DNA of 64,000 nucleotides from Mycobacteriales bacterium (GCA_035550055.1 DASZRO010000092.1:2637-66636), one strand, 5' to 3'; positions 46,793-56,007 are shown, numbered from the stretch's first letter. Notes: generated from the sequence alone by a model not told the origin. Numbers and translations are program-made.

Positions 46793-47437
46793 ATGTCGAT
46801 TGGTCAGGCCGGCGCGCTGGAGAGCAAGTGCGAGGCGGGGTTGGTAGCCGAGACGATTGCCACATACGACCTCGGCGCCGATGTCTATGGACGACGGTTC
46901 GCGCAAGTCGACATGGGGGTGTATCTCGATCGCTTCGCCGAACTGATTCCGCTAGGCAGCATCACGCTAGATGCGGGCTGTGGTTCTGGTCGGGATCTTG
47001 CCTGGCTGAGAGCTCAGGGTATCCGTGCAGTTGGTCTCGATCGGTCCACGGGAATGCTCAGACTTGCTCGCCGCTCCGTGCAAGGCGGCTTGCTGGTTCG
47101 CGGTGACCTCCGCCGTCTTCCCTTCTCGGCGGCGACGTTCGGCGGTGTCTGGCAATGCGCTTCGCTGGTTCATCTGTCGCGGCCGCAGACGGTGATGGCT
47201 CTCGCTGAAGTCGAGCGCGTGCTGACGCCTGGTGGAGTCGTCTTCCTTTCGGTCGCGACGGGCGGCGAACCGGAATGGCGCGCTTCGTACGCCGGTCGAC
47301 GATGGTTCCATTACTACGACGGTGGCGATCTGAATGCGATGTTGCAAAGCGTCGGCTTGACAGTCCTAACGAGCGCGACGGAGCCGGGCGTGGTTCGCGG
47401 TTCGTGGGTAAACGTCTTCGCGCGGAAGGCCCGATAG
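46793..47437 (+). CDS. class I SAM-dependent methyltransferase
   Basis: Motif I LDAGCGSGRDLAWL, post-I GLDRS, and a Methyltransf_11/25-like layout. Confidence 0.65.
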   Translation: MSIGQAGALESKCEAGLVAETIATYDLGADVYGRRFAQVDMGVYLDRFAELIPLGSITLDAGCGSGRDLAWLRAQGIRAVGLDRSTGMLRLARRSVQGGLLVRGDLRRLPFSAATFGGVWQCASLVHLSRPQTVMALAEVERVLTPGGVVFLSVATGGEPEWRASYAGRRWFHYYDGGDLNAMLQSVGLTVLTSATEPGVVRGSWVNVFARKAR

Positions 47438-48019
47438 TTGATTTCGCTCGTCGCTGCCGATGCTGCCACGAAAGTCTGGGGTATCGATGTCACATTGCTC
47501 GCAGCAGGAGTGGCCGCTGTAGCTGCCATCGCAGCAGCGGGGCTCTCTTACCGCGGGAATCTCGCCACGAACCGAGCTGCTGAGGCTCAGCGGCAGCGTG
47601 ACTATCGGGTTCGCCAGCTCAACGAGCTGTACGGCCCGCTGTACATGAGGCGCCGACTCAGCCGACAACTCTGGAAACAGCTCCCCGGCGTGCCTGATGC
47701 TGAGCCCGGAGTCACCCAGTGGCACCTGATTGATCATGTCGAGGAGATCAAGACCGAGCAAGACGCTCACCGCAGGCAGGTTGTCGAAGAGATTCTTAAA
47801 ATCAATGACGAGCTAACTGGCCTAATCACGGGAAGTGCCGGCCTGCTGGTGGAGTTTCCTGCTCCGCAGAGTTTCGAGACCTTCCTTGTGCATGCGGCGA
47901 CCCTTCGGATGTTCTGGGAGCAGGGCCGGAACGCAACTAAGGCCGCCTACATCCCGTTTCCGGGATCCATCGATCGCGACATTGAGGATGCGATCACTCG
48001 TCTGCGCTCTCAGCTATGA
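47438..48019 (+). CDS. hypothetical membrane-anchored protein (island cargo)
   Basis: N-terminal TM (LLAAGVAAVAAIAAAGL). Locally lower GC. Start abuts the methyltransferase stop. Confidence 0.4.
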   Translation: MISLVAADAATKVWGIDVTLLAAGVAAVAAIAAAGLSYRGNLATNRAAEAQRQRDYRVRQLNELYGPLYMRRRLSRQLWKQLPGVPDAEPGVTQWHLIDHVEEIKTEQDAHRRQVVEEILKINDELTGLITGSAGLLVEFPAPQSFETFLVHAATLRMFWEQGRNATKAAYIPFPGSIDRDIEDAITRLRSQL

Positions 48020-48360
48020 ACTCGACGGATAGTGATGTGACGGACGAGAGCCCGGATGCCGATCTCGACCATGAGTTTCACGTGGAGTCGGAGGCGGCGA
48101 TCGCCGAGTGCCGGTCCTTGGGATACACACCGACCGTCTGGATTTCAATGCTGAGCCAGGTTGGCGCTGCGGAAGCCGCGCGCCGGCTTCTCGTGAGTGG
48201 TGACATTCAGAGTGGGTTTTCACGGCTGGTCGCGCTTGGCAGGCCGGAGCTGACGGTCGAGTGGGCTGCGCTCAACCCTAGGTGGGAGCCTCTATTCGAC
48301 GATCAGCACCGGGAAGCGGCGCGCTGGCGCTTGCGTCAGGCGGGAGTAGAACCGCGCTAA
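48016..48360 (+). CDS. hypothetical acidic protein (island cargo)
   Basis: ATGA overlap with the previous gene. No recognised motif. Confidence 0.4.
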   Translation: MNSTDSDVTDESPDADLDHEFHVESEAAIAECRSLGYTPTVWISMLSQVGAAEAARRLLVSGDIQSGFSRLVALGRPELTVEWAALNPRWEPLFDDQHREAARWRLRQAGVEPR

Positions 48361-48366
48361 CGCGAA

Positions 48367-48510
48367 TTACGACGGCGTGGACCACGCAGGCCTCGCGGAC
48401 ACGATCAGCATGCGGTCCGCCAGGGCCCGCGCATCGACCAACACCTGCCGTCGCTCCTGCGGATCCTCGACGACGTTGATCACGTAACCGAGGTTGACGA
48501 CATGAGCGCG
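48367..48510 (-). pseudogene. possible C-terminal remnant of a methyltransferase-like gene (…HVVNLGYVINVVEDPQERRQVLVDARALADRMLIVSARP)
   Basis: Only the last ~45 codons of the 48367..48789 ORF look protein-like. The upstream part is Arg-rich GC noise. Confidence 0.2.
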
Positions 48511-48851
48511 CCGCCGGGGTTCATGTGGCGCATGGGCGGGATCCCAGCCATCGGCGGCGACACCTAAGGCGCGCAATGCTCGGACATACCCCCCCCCCGC
48601 CCGCACCCGTAGTCGAAGACGTGCTGGTCGCGCGAGATGAGCCCATCCCCGAGCGCCAGGGCGATTGGCCGGCACAGACTGCTCCTGGCGATAGCGGTCC
48701 GATGTCTCGGACGCCCGCCGCCGACCCCGGATGGGCTTTACCATCCCGAAGAGCGCCCTTTTCGGGCCCGTCGTCGAGTACGTCCGCATTGTTCACACCT
48801 GGAGGCCCGTCAAGTGTGCCGGCTCCGTCCGACCCGTATGTAGCTGCCGTC

Positions 48852-51050
48852 ATGCCGACCGTCCGCGCCGCCTTCCCGTTCCTCGTTGAGCTGCCTACCG
48901 TCGAAGAATCGCTCGGGCTGGATCTCCGCGGCGATCTCGATGCTCTCAGGCGTCGCGACGACTGGCAGCAGACCGCGGACGCCATCGCGAAGGCGATGGT
49001 CCGGTTCGAAGATCGTCCTGTGGGCGACCTGCTGCCCGGGCTGCGGGACTGGAACGTCCAGATCCCAAGCCACCTGCTACGCACCCGGACGCAGAACCTC
49101 CTTCGCCGCCACGACGTCACGACGTGGGCGGACCTGGCCGGCCTGTCCGTCTACGACCTCGGCCAATTCCGGGGAGCGGGCGCGCAGACAGTCCTCGACC
49201 TTGCCTGCCTCGCAGTAGCCGCGGTCGGGAATCAGAAGGGCTCTGGCGCCCCAGTGGTCGAGGAGCCGTTGACGTTGGAGCAGGACGAGGCGCTACCGCC
49301 CCAGCGAGAGCCGCTCGACCCCGCAGTCGCCCGGATCACAGACGGCCTGCGGACCCTCGCGGCGTGGGCACTACGTGAGCGGCAGCTCGACGAGTTCAAG
49401 GGCCTGGTGCAGCCGGCCGCCGGACTGCAGTTGCCTGAGCCCGTCGCCGCTTTGTGGCATGCAGTCGCCGGCCAACGACTCGAAGACGTCGCCGACCCCG
49501 ATCTCGTGAACGCAGACGTCGCCGAGTTGAGCGCGGCGCTGCTGGACCGGTTCGCGGGCGCCCAGCGGGTCATCCTGGAGCAGCGGCTCCTGAGCTCGAC
49601 GCCGGCGACTCTCGATCAGGTGGGCCAGCAGGTCGGCCTTACCCGCGAGCGAGTACGTCAGCTGCAGACGAAGCTGATCGAGCACCTGACACGCTCGCTG
49701 ACCGAGCGGCAGTTCCTCCCCCTTACCTGGCGCAGCGCCGACCTCGCCGATACGTTGCGCAGCTTCGCTCCAGCGGATGCACCCGAGACCGTTCAGGCGA
49801 TCGACCGTGCGTGCCGCAGCCAGACGGATGAAGGTGCGAGCGAGCTGAAGGCGCTGCTGTTGTACCTGGCCGGTCCGTTCAACCTTCGCGACGGCTGGCA
49901 CATCCGCCGCGGCTCGGAGTTCCCCGACGGTCGAGCCCTGGAGTCAGCGGCGGACGCAAGCCGCACGCTGTCGTTCGAGACGATCGACGAGTGGCTGGAC
50001 GCCAATGGAATCAACACCCTCTTCCGGAGCGTTTGGCTGCAGCACACCGGCCGCTTCCGTGTCATGGGCGACCGCGTCGCCGTTTGGTCGGGTTCGGTCG
50101 TGGACAAGTGCGTGACGTTGCTGGCGATGCGAGGCAGCCCGTGCACGGTAGAGTCGCTTCTCGACGACGTTGGTGAAGGGCACAGCCCGCGAGGCGTCCG
50201 GAACCGGTTCTTCGAAGATCCGCGGCTGATGCGCGTCAACAAGAACGACTGGGCGCTGCGCGCGTGGGACCTCGAGGAATACACGGGCATCGCGGAAGAG
50301 ATTGCCCAGCGCATCGTCGAGTGGGGTGGCAGCGCTCGCATCAGCGACCTCGTCGACGAGCTCGTGCGCCTGTTCGGCGTGAGCGCAGCCTCCGTCCGCG
50401 TCTACGTCGAGGCGCCGATGTTTGTAGTGGAGGGCGGGGTCGTCCGCCTGCGGCGTGAGGACGAGGCCTTCCAGCTCGCTTCCGGACTGTCTCGGGCCCG
50501 CGGTTGTTTCCGCCTCGACGCCAGCCGCATCTCGTACTTGGTGACCGTCGACAAAGATGTTGTCCGCGGCAGCGGCAGGCAGTGCCCGGAGCAGTTTGCC
50601 GCGGCCTTGGGCGTGCGGCCGGGCCAGCCACAGTCGTTCTCGGCCGCGGACGGCACGGTGGCCGTGACTTGGCCCGCGACCTCAGGGTTGGGGCCTTCGC
50701 TCGGGTCGGTCAGGGGACTCGCTGATGATGTCGGCGCTGCGGAAGGCGACTTCCTTCGGCTCGAATTCGATGTCGTCGAGAAGAACGTCGTCGGGCACCT
50801 CGTGACAAGGGCGCTTTTGGACGCCGCCTCTAGTGATGAGGCCGTGCGAATGATGTCGGGACTTGATCTCGGAGCCGATCAGTTGGCGGCCGTGGCGAGG
50901 GCGATCGACGTCGCTGCCGCGGATGTTTTCCGTGTCCTACGTCAACGTGGCGACGACCGGCTCGCCGACCTGCTGCCGCGTCCGGTCGCCGACGAGGCGC
51001 TCCAGCAGGCTCTTGCGGAGCTCGCCGGAACCTTGGACGAGCTCGACTGA
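48852..51050 (+). CDS. large hypothetical DNA-binding protein combining an RNAP alpha-CTD-like HhH and a sigma-70 region-4-like HTH
   Basis: IPSHLLRTRTQNLLRRHDVTTWADLAGLSVYDLGQFRGAGAQTVLDL (alpha-CTD-like) and TLDQVGQQVGLTRERVRQLQTKLIEHL (sigma region-4-like). The start is uncertain (ORF opens at 48525; first plausible ATG at 48852). A C10 tract lies in the upstream part of the ORF. Confidence 0.5.
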   Translation: MPTVRAAFPFLVELPTVEESLGLDLRGDLDALRRRDDWQQTADAIAKAMVRFEDRPVGDLLPGLRDWNVQIPSHLLRTRTQNLLRRHDVTTWADLAGLSVYDLGQFRGAGAQTVLDLACLAVAAVGNQKGSGAPVVEEPLTLEQDEALPPQREPLDPAVARITDGLRTLAAWALRERQLDEFKGLVQPAAGLQLPEPVAALWHAVAGQRLEDVADPDLVNADVAELSAALLDRFAGAQRVILEQRLLSSTPATLDQVGQQVGLTRERVRQLQTKLIEHLTRSLTERQFLPLTWRSADLADTLRSFAPADAPETVQAIDRACRSQTDEGASELKALLLYLAGPFNLRDGWHIRRGSEFPDGRALESAADASRTLSFETIDEWLDANGINTLFRSVWLQHTGRFRVMGDRVAVWSGSVVDKCVTLLAMRGSPCTVESLLDDVGEGHSPRGVRNRFFEDPRLMRVNKNDWALRAWDLEEYTGIAEEIAQRIVEWGGSARISDLVDELVRLFGVSAASVRVYVEAPMFVVEGGVVRLRREDEAFQLASGLSRARGCFRLDASRISYLVTVDKDVVRGSGRQCPEQFAAALGVRPGQPQSFSAADGTVAVTWPATSGLGPSLGSVRGLADDVGAAEGDFLRLEFDVVEKNVVGHLVTRALLDAASSDEAVRMMSGLDLGADQLAAVARAIDVAAADVFRVLRQRGDDRLADLLPRPVADEALQQALAELAGTLDELD

Positions 51051-51051
51051 C

Positions 51052-51474
51052 TTAGGCGAACTCAGAGAGCCGGTTGGTCAAGGTAAGAGTCGGCTCCGCC
51101 TCGCCAAGCAGCTTCTCGATGAGCCAAGCGAACCCGGCGTTGGCGTACTCGGTGGCGATGCGGATCACCTGGGCGGGGCTGTCGAGGACGCCCTTGCCTT
51201 CGACGGCGAGGGCCAGCAATTCGAGATGCGTGATGCGCCACGGGTCGGTCGCCAGGATTGTGCCGTCGTTGAACTTCACGGTCTTGTCTGGCAGGGGTGT
51301 GCGTTGGCGGAGTCGAACGCCGATGCCGAGCGCCACCCACCAGGCATCAACCTGACGGGCGAACGGCCGGGCGTCCTGCGCGGAACGTGAGACGAGGTCA
51401 TCCATGCGATCTCTGACGTCGCTCGCGATGAACAGGTCCTGGTTGGCATAGGGGTTCGCGACGGCGGCGGGCAT
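51052..51474 (-). CDS. hypothetical protein, last gene of phosphorothioation/defence operon (141 aa)
   Basis: Start overlaps the upstream ATPase stop by 1 nt (TGATG). No motif recognised. A DndE-like role is speculative. Confidence 0.45.
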   Translation of the reverse strand: MPAAVANPYANQDLFIASDVRDRMDDLVSRSAQDARPFARQVDAWWVALGIGVRLRQRTPLPDKTVKFNDGTILATDPWRITHLELLALAVEGKGVLDSPAQVIRIATEYANAGFAWLIEKLLGEAEPTLTLTNRLSEFA

Positions 51475-53618
51475 CAGACTGCAGCCTCCACGTCCCGGAA
51501 GTCGATTCCGTGCCGGTCGTCGTACTGACGGGCGCAGATTCGGCACGACTGGTGATGGTCACATGAGCAGGCGCGGACGACCGGATGGTCGATACCCCAG
51601 GGGTTGACGAGGTCGGTCGGGTAGTCCTTCGAACACGAGATGCTGACGATCTCGCCGGCACTGTTGTCAAGGAGCTCTTCGACGTCGCGAATCTCGGAGC
51701 GCGTGAGCAACAGCACCACCTGGAAGTCGGGGAGATCGGCGCCTGACGGCCTGGTGATGCGGTCGACCATCCGCGTTTTCACGCCGCCGGTGATCATCCC
51801 GAGTGGGGTGTCGATGATGCGTGGTGCTGTCGTGCCGGAGACCTCCATCAGCGCCCAGATGAACGAGACGGTCAGGGCACGCTGTGACGCACCGTTCAAC
51901 TCGAAGTCCGTATCCAGCGTCCGGCCGTCGTGCGTGTCGACGATGATGTTGTAGTTCTCATCGATGTGGACGCCTTCGAACACGCCGGCCTCGAACCCGG
52001 GGTGTGATCCGACAATGTCCATGAACAGTTCGTTCATGCGGTCGGACACACGACGAACGTAGTCGCCCTCGAGCATCTCTAGCGTGCCTGCGGCGAGCGC
52101 GGCAAGGTCTTGAGAGACGTCGCGTTTGACAACCAAATCGCCGCTCGCGCGCACCGCTTTCTCCGCTTCGCGCAGTTGTTGGTCCTGCACCTGTCGGCGG
52201 TCATCGAGTTGCTGAATTCTCGCCTGGATCCCGCCGAACTCGGTCCTGGCGTCGCCGATCTTTCGCTCGACGCCGGCGATCTTTCCGGTGAGGTCGCGGA
52301 CGCGGTCCTCGTCGATCTGCCTGCGCCGCTCCTTGAGTTGCTCGAGTTCCGTTGCCTTGGCTGCGAGCGAGTCCTTGGCGTCGGTGAACTCACTGAGCAA
52401 CTTCAGGCGTTGATCTCCGTACGCGTCGTTCTGCTCTTGTCGGGCGTCCTCGGCGGCGCGCGCCTGCCGAGCTGTGTGGAAGAGGCCTGTGAGTCGTTGC
52501 CTGCTGTCTGACTCGGCTCGTTGCTCGTCTCTGAGCTGCTCGACGCGATGACGGTGCCCGGAGCCTGGCTCCAGCGCTTCACCGCAGATGCATTCCTTCA
52601 ACTCGAGCCGGTCGGTGAGTACCTCGATAGAGGTTCCAGGAATGACGCGTCGGTCCACGAGGTCGGAGAGCAGCTTCATTCCCTCGTCGAGCTGGTCACT
52701 CATCAGTGTCCAGGAGATCGCCTCCGAACGCAGCGCCTCCCGCATGCGACCGAGCGCGCGGGCGCGCGCCTTCTCCAGAAGCTCGCGATCGCGCTCGGCC
52801 GTTTCGATGCGCGTGTTCAATTCATCGAGATCACCGAAACCGCGCAGCCCGTTGAGTTCCTTTTCCCAGTTGTTCTTCTGCTCGGTCATGTTGGCGAGTT
52901 GCTCTGTGACCTCGTCCGAACGAGCCCTCTCGTCGGCGAGTTCTGCCTCGGTTTCTTCGAGGGCAGTTTCGAGCTTGGACGTGTCCGAGCCGCCTGACCT
53001 TGAGACCTCAGCGCGGAGCTTCTTGAAGACGAATTCCAGGTCTTCCTTGGCTGTGCGTAGCGTGTCCAAGCTCAGCAACATCCTGATTGACCGATGGACT
53101 CGGTCTTGCCGCTGCTGGCTGGACACGCTCCCCGAGATGAAGGTCTGAACGTCGTCGCCGTTGGTGAAGAAGATGTCCTTCAACCGCAGCGGGATGAACT
53201 TTCCGATCAGCGCGTCGGCGCCCTCGATCTCGTCTTCGCCGGCAGACGTGATCTTGAACAGCCGAACGCGGTCACGCCCCCGGTCGACCTTGTCGCCGGC
53301 TTGCGGCGTCTCCGTCACGCTGCGAACAACCCGATAGCGCGTCGTGATGTCGTTGTCATCGGTGTGTTCGAACTCCACCATGACCGAGATCTCGACCGGC
53401 GTGCCGGCAGGTAGCGCCGTGGATGTCAAGCGACGGGCGGAGTCGGGGAGCCCTGGCATCCCGTAGAACGCCCAAAGCAGCGCGTACAAGATCGAGGTCT
53501 TGCCCGAGCCGTTCTCCGCCCGAATCACTGTTAGTGGCTTCTTCGGGTCGGTGGAGAAGTTGATCTTCACGTTCTCCAGCAGCTTGAAGTTCTCGATATG
53601 AGTGCGGATGAGGCGCAC
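51474..53618 (-). CDS. SMC/ABC-type ATPase (DndD/AAA_23-like N-terminus) with coiled coil and C-terminal Cys/His cluster
   Basis: MRLIRTHIENFKLLENVKINF...VIRAENGSGKTSILYALLWAFYG (Walker A). Long coiled-coil middle. Walker B/D-loop RIIDTPLGMI. C-terminal CSCDHHQSCRIC. GTG start overlaps the upstream ORF stop (TAGTG). Confidence 0.7.
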   Translation of the reverse strand: MRLIRTHIENFKLLENVKINFSTDPKKPLTVIRAENGSGKTSILYALLWAFYGMPGLPDSARRLTSTALPAGTPVEISVMVEFEHTDDNDITTRYRVVRSVTETPQAGDKVDRGRDRVRLFKITSAGEDEIEGADALIGKFIPLRLKDIFFTNGDDVQTFISGSVSSQQRQDRVHRSIRMLLSLDTLRTAKEDLEFVFKKLRAEVSRSGGSDTSKLETALEETEAELADERARSDEVTEQLANMTEQKNNWEKELNGLRGFGDLDELNTRIETAERDRELLEKARARALGRMREALRSEAISWTLMSDQLDEGMKLLSDLVDRRVIPGTSIEVLTDRLELKECICGEALEPGSGHRHRVEQLRDEQRAESDSRQRLTGLFHTARQARAAEDARQEQNDAYGDQRLKLLSEFTDAKDSLAAKATELEQLKERRRQIDEDRVRDLTGKIAGVERKIGDARTEFGGIQARIQQLDDRRQVQDQQLREAEKAVRASGDLVVKRDVSQDLAALAAGTLEMLEGDYVRRVSDRMNELFMDIVGSHPGFEAGVFEGVHIDENYNIIVDTHDGRTLDTDFELNGASQRALTVSFIWALMEVSGTTAPRIIDTPLGMITGGVKTRMVDRITRPSGADLPDFQVVLLLTRSEIRDVEELLDNSAGEIVSISCSKDYPTDLVNPWGIDHPVVRACSCDHHQSCRICARQYDDRHGIDFRDVEAAV

Positions 53619-53833
53619 TACGCCTCCCCGCCCTGCGCGGAGACCTTGCTGCCCAACGCCTCGACCAGCTTGGTGATCTTGTCCCGCCGCCCTTTCTCGG
53701 ACAGACCTTCCTGCTGCACGTTGATGGTGGCTACTAGCGCCTTCACGAGCTCGGCGCGGTATCCCGGGGTGCGTTCACTTATTAGCAGGACCTTCTCGCC
53801 GGCGACTTCTGCAATCCGGTTACCCGCCATCAC
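53618..53833 (-). CDS. small hypothetical protein (71 aa), translationally coupled
   Basis: Its stop overlaps the ATPase start by 1 nt. It sits 15 nt after the helicase stop. Confidence 0.4.
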   Translation of the reverse strand: MMAGNRIAEVAGEKVLLISERTPGYRAELVKALVATINVQQEGLSEKGRRDKITKLVEALGSKVSAQGGEA

Positions 53834-53847
53834 GTCTCCCCGTTAGG

Positions 53848-56007
53848 TCAGTCGTACTTCGACAGTATCTGGCGCGGTCCGTCGTTCGACCACTCGTTGA
53901 CGGCGAGGCTCGCGAACTCCTCAGCGCGACGCAGCTCGCCGCGCAGGATCGCCTTGCCGTGGTCCGAGCCTGGGTCCGGCGGGATGACGAGAAAGTCATG
54001 CAGGGTGGCGACTTCCTTGCCGGGCGCCTTGCGCAGGATGCGGCCCCTGCGCTGCACCCACTCTCGGTACACCGTGCTCGACGCTAGGAGATATGCCGTG
54101 TCGGTCTGCGGGATGTCGATGCCTTCGTCGAGGACCTTCATCGCAGTCAGCACCTGGTAGTCGCCCTGCCCGAAGCGGTCGAGCAGCTTCTTCGCATCCG
54201 CGCGCGAGGTCTCTGCGTTGGTGAACTGGTGGGAGATGATTCCGAGGCGCGATAGCAGCTCGTTGACTTCCTCAATCTGGCGAGTGCTGCCGAGGATCGT
54301 CGGCTTCGCCGAGGTGTAGATCAGCGTGCGCTGGACATTGCTCGCACCGTGCTCCTGCAACAGCAGTTCTAGCTGGTCGATCTTTCCGGATGCTTGCTCG
54401 AGCACCGCCCGTCGTTCGCGGAGCAGCCTCTCGATCTTCGGATTGGACACAACCGTGCGGCCGTCGTCTTCGAGGCGGAAGCCGGCGGCCTTCAATTCCT
54501 CGCACAGCTCGGTGTACTTGTTCATCTCGTCGTCGGCCAGCCGGACCTCGTGCAAGAAGTACCGGTAGCGGGTGAGGCAACCGGCCGCGATCGCGTCGGC
54601 GAGGCTGAAGTCGAAGACTGGCTGGCCGAAAAAGTCGAACAGCTTGTCGGTCCCGTCGGGGTCGTATTGGCGGACTGGCGTCGCGGACAGTCCAAGCCGG
54701 GTGTCGAATCGTTCCGGGAGATTGTTCAGGAACGTGGGTGTGCCGAGGTTGTGCATCTCGTCGCCGACGAGCATGGTCGCCGTATCTGCTGCTAGTTCGT
54801 CGATGAGCGCTCGCAGCGACTCGTCTTGTGCGAACAGTTGGTTAGTTGCAATGAGTACCTCGGTGCGTCGCTCGCCGCCGGCCAGGCCGGCGCGAACCTC
54901 TTCAAAGCGAACCCGGCGGCTATCTGGAGACCACTTGCTCGGCAGCAGGGGCTCTATCCCGAACTCTCGGAGATCGTCGGCCCACTGGGTCATGAGCGGT
55001 GTGGAGGGGACCAGGATCAGCAGCAGCATGGGGCCTTGATGACGCTCCTGCGTCTCCGTCGCGCAGATAAGTGCGGTTCGGGTCTTGCCTCCGCCGGTCG
55101 CGATCTCGAGGACCCCGCGGCCGTTCGCCTCGAAGTAGGCGTCGACGGCCCTGCCTTGGTGTCGGAACGGACCGGTCCGCCATTCCATCCCCGCCGGAAT
55201 TTGGAGCACGTGGGCGGGAGCGGAGCGGTAGTTCGGCGGCAGGTCCGGCTCTAGGCCGGCTTCGTGATCAGCCCGCCAGGCATCCCAGAAGTCCCGGACA
55301 GTGGGGACCTGCATCTCGTTGCCGTGACGCCCGGCGAATCGCAGGCCCTGCGGTGCCAGCAGCGTGAGCGAGTTGGGGTTTTCGTTGTTCCATTGGCGGT
55401 CCCATTGGCTCACCAGCAGCTCAACGCGCTTCGTCACGGACTGACCGTCCATCCAGGGGCGGTCGACGGTCATCTGCTCGCCGTTGACCAGTAGGCCGCG
55501 CGTTGTGGCGTTGCCGGAACCATGAACCGCGCCCCATGCGTTGCCGTCGTAGAACAGCCACATCTTCTTGTGGTACATCCCGCGTTGCATGAGCACGAAC
55601 CGCAGCTCGAGTCGGTCGCTCGCGACGAGGTAGGACAGGCAGTCGAGGGTGTGCCGTACGAGCGCGGACGGCGAGAGCTGTGCATCGGCGAGCAGACGCG
55701 TCGCTGTCTGCTCGATGACCCCCACCGGGTTGGACACGCCTCGGTCGATCGCGTCTCTGTCCTCGGCACTGATCTCAGGGCTCACGAGTAGTTCGAGCGG
55801 CTTAGAGCTGCTCGCAATGAACGAGGCAAGACCCGGCGCGATCTGCGCCAAGCAGTGCGAGCTGAAGAAGCCCGCGCCTATGCGGACGGAGGTGCTGACG
55901 TTCATGGCCGGCACCAGAACCTCGCCGACGAGATCATCGTCAGGGATTTCATAGACAGGAAGCGCGTCCGCGAGTGCTTCCGAAAGTCCGCCTGCTGCTT
56001 CGCTCAC
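53848..56007 (-). CDS. PLD-family nuclease domain fused to SF2 (DEAH/ResIII-type) helicase
   Basis: N-terminal HKKMWLFYD...GSGNAT (HxK..D..GSxN PLD motif). Helicase motifs I ATGGGKT, II VGDEMH, III SAT, and the C-terminal helicase domain (TAMKVLDEGIDIP, QRRGRILR). The GTG at 56007 overlaps the sspD-like stop (GTGA). An alternative start lies at 56025. Confidence 0.75.
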   Translation of the reverse strand: MSEAAGGLSEALADALPVYEIPDDDLVGEVLVPAMNVSTSVRIGAGFFSSHCLAQIAPGLASFIASSSKPLELLVSPEISAEDRDAIDRGVSNPVGVIEQTATRLLADAQLSPSALVRHTLDCLSYLVASDRLELRFVLMQRGMYHKKMWLFYDGNAWGAVHGSGNATTRGLLVNGEQMTVDRPWMDGQSVTKRVELLVSQWDRQWNNENPNSLTLLAPQGLRFAGRHGNEMQVPTVRDFWDAWRADHEAGLEPDLPPNYRSAPAHVLQIPAGMEWRTGPFRHQGRAVDAYFEANGRGVLEIATGGGKTRTALICATETQERHQGPMLLLILVPSTPLMTQWADDLREFGIEPLLPSKWSPDSRRVRFEEVRAGLAGGERRTEVLIATNQLFAQDESLRALIDELAADTATMLVGDEMHNLGTPTFLNNLPERFDTRLGLSATPVRQYDPDGTDKLFDFFGQPVFDFSLADAIAAGCLTRYRYFLHEVRLADDEMNKYTELCEELKAAGFRLEDDGRTVVSNPKIERLLRERRAVLEQASGKIDQLELLLQEHGASNVQRTLIYTSAKPTILGSTRQIEEVNELLSRLGIISHQFTNAETSRADAKKLLDRFGQGDYQVLTAMKVLDEGIDIPQTDTAYLLASSTVYREWVQRRGRILRKAPGKEVATLHDFLVIPPDPGSDHGKAILRGELRRAEEFASLAVNEWSNDGPRQILSKYD

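Noticed and set aside
51474-53618. Assigning the SMC-like ATPase definitively as DndD (and the 141-aa ORF as DndE)
   Set aside because: The N-terminal Walker A region resembles DndD/SspC-class proteins, but SMC-like defence ATPases (Lamassu LmuB, Septu PtuA, RloC and others) share this. Without a profile search the assignment would be a guess.
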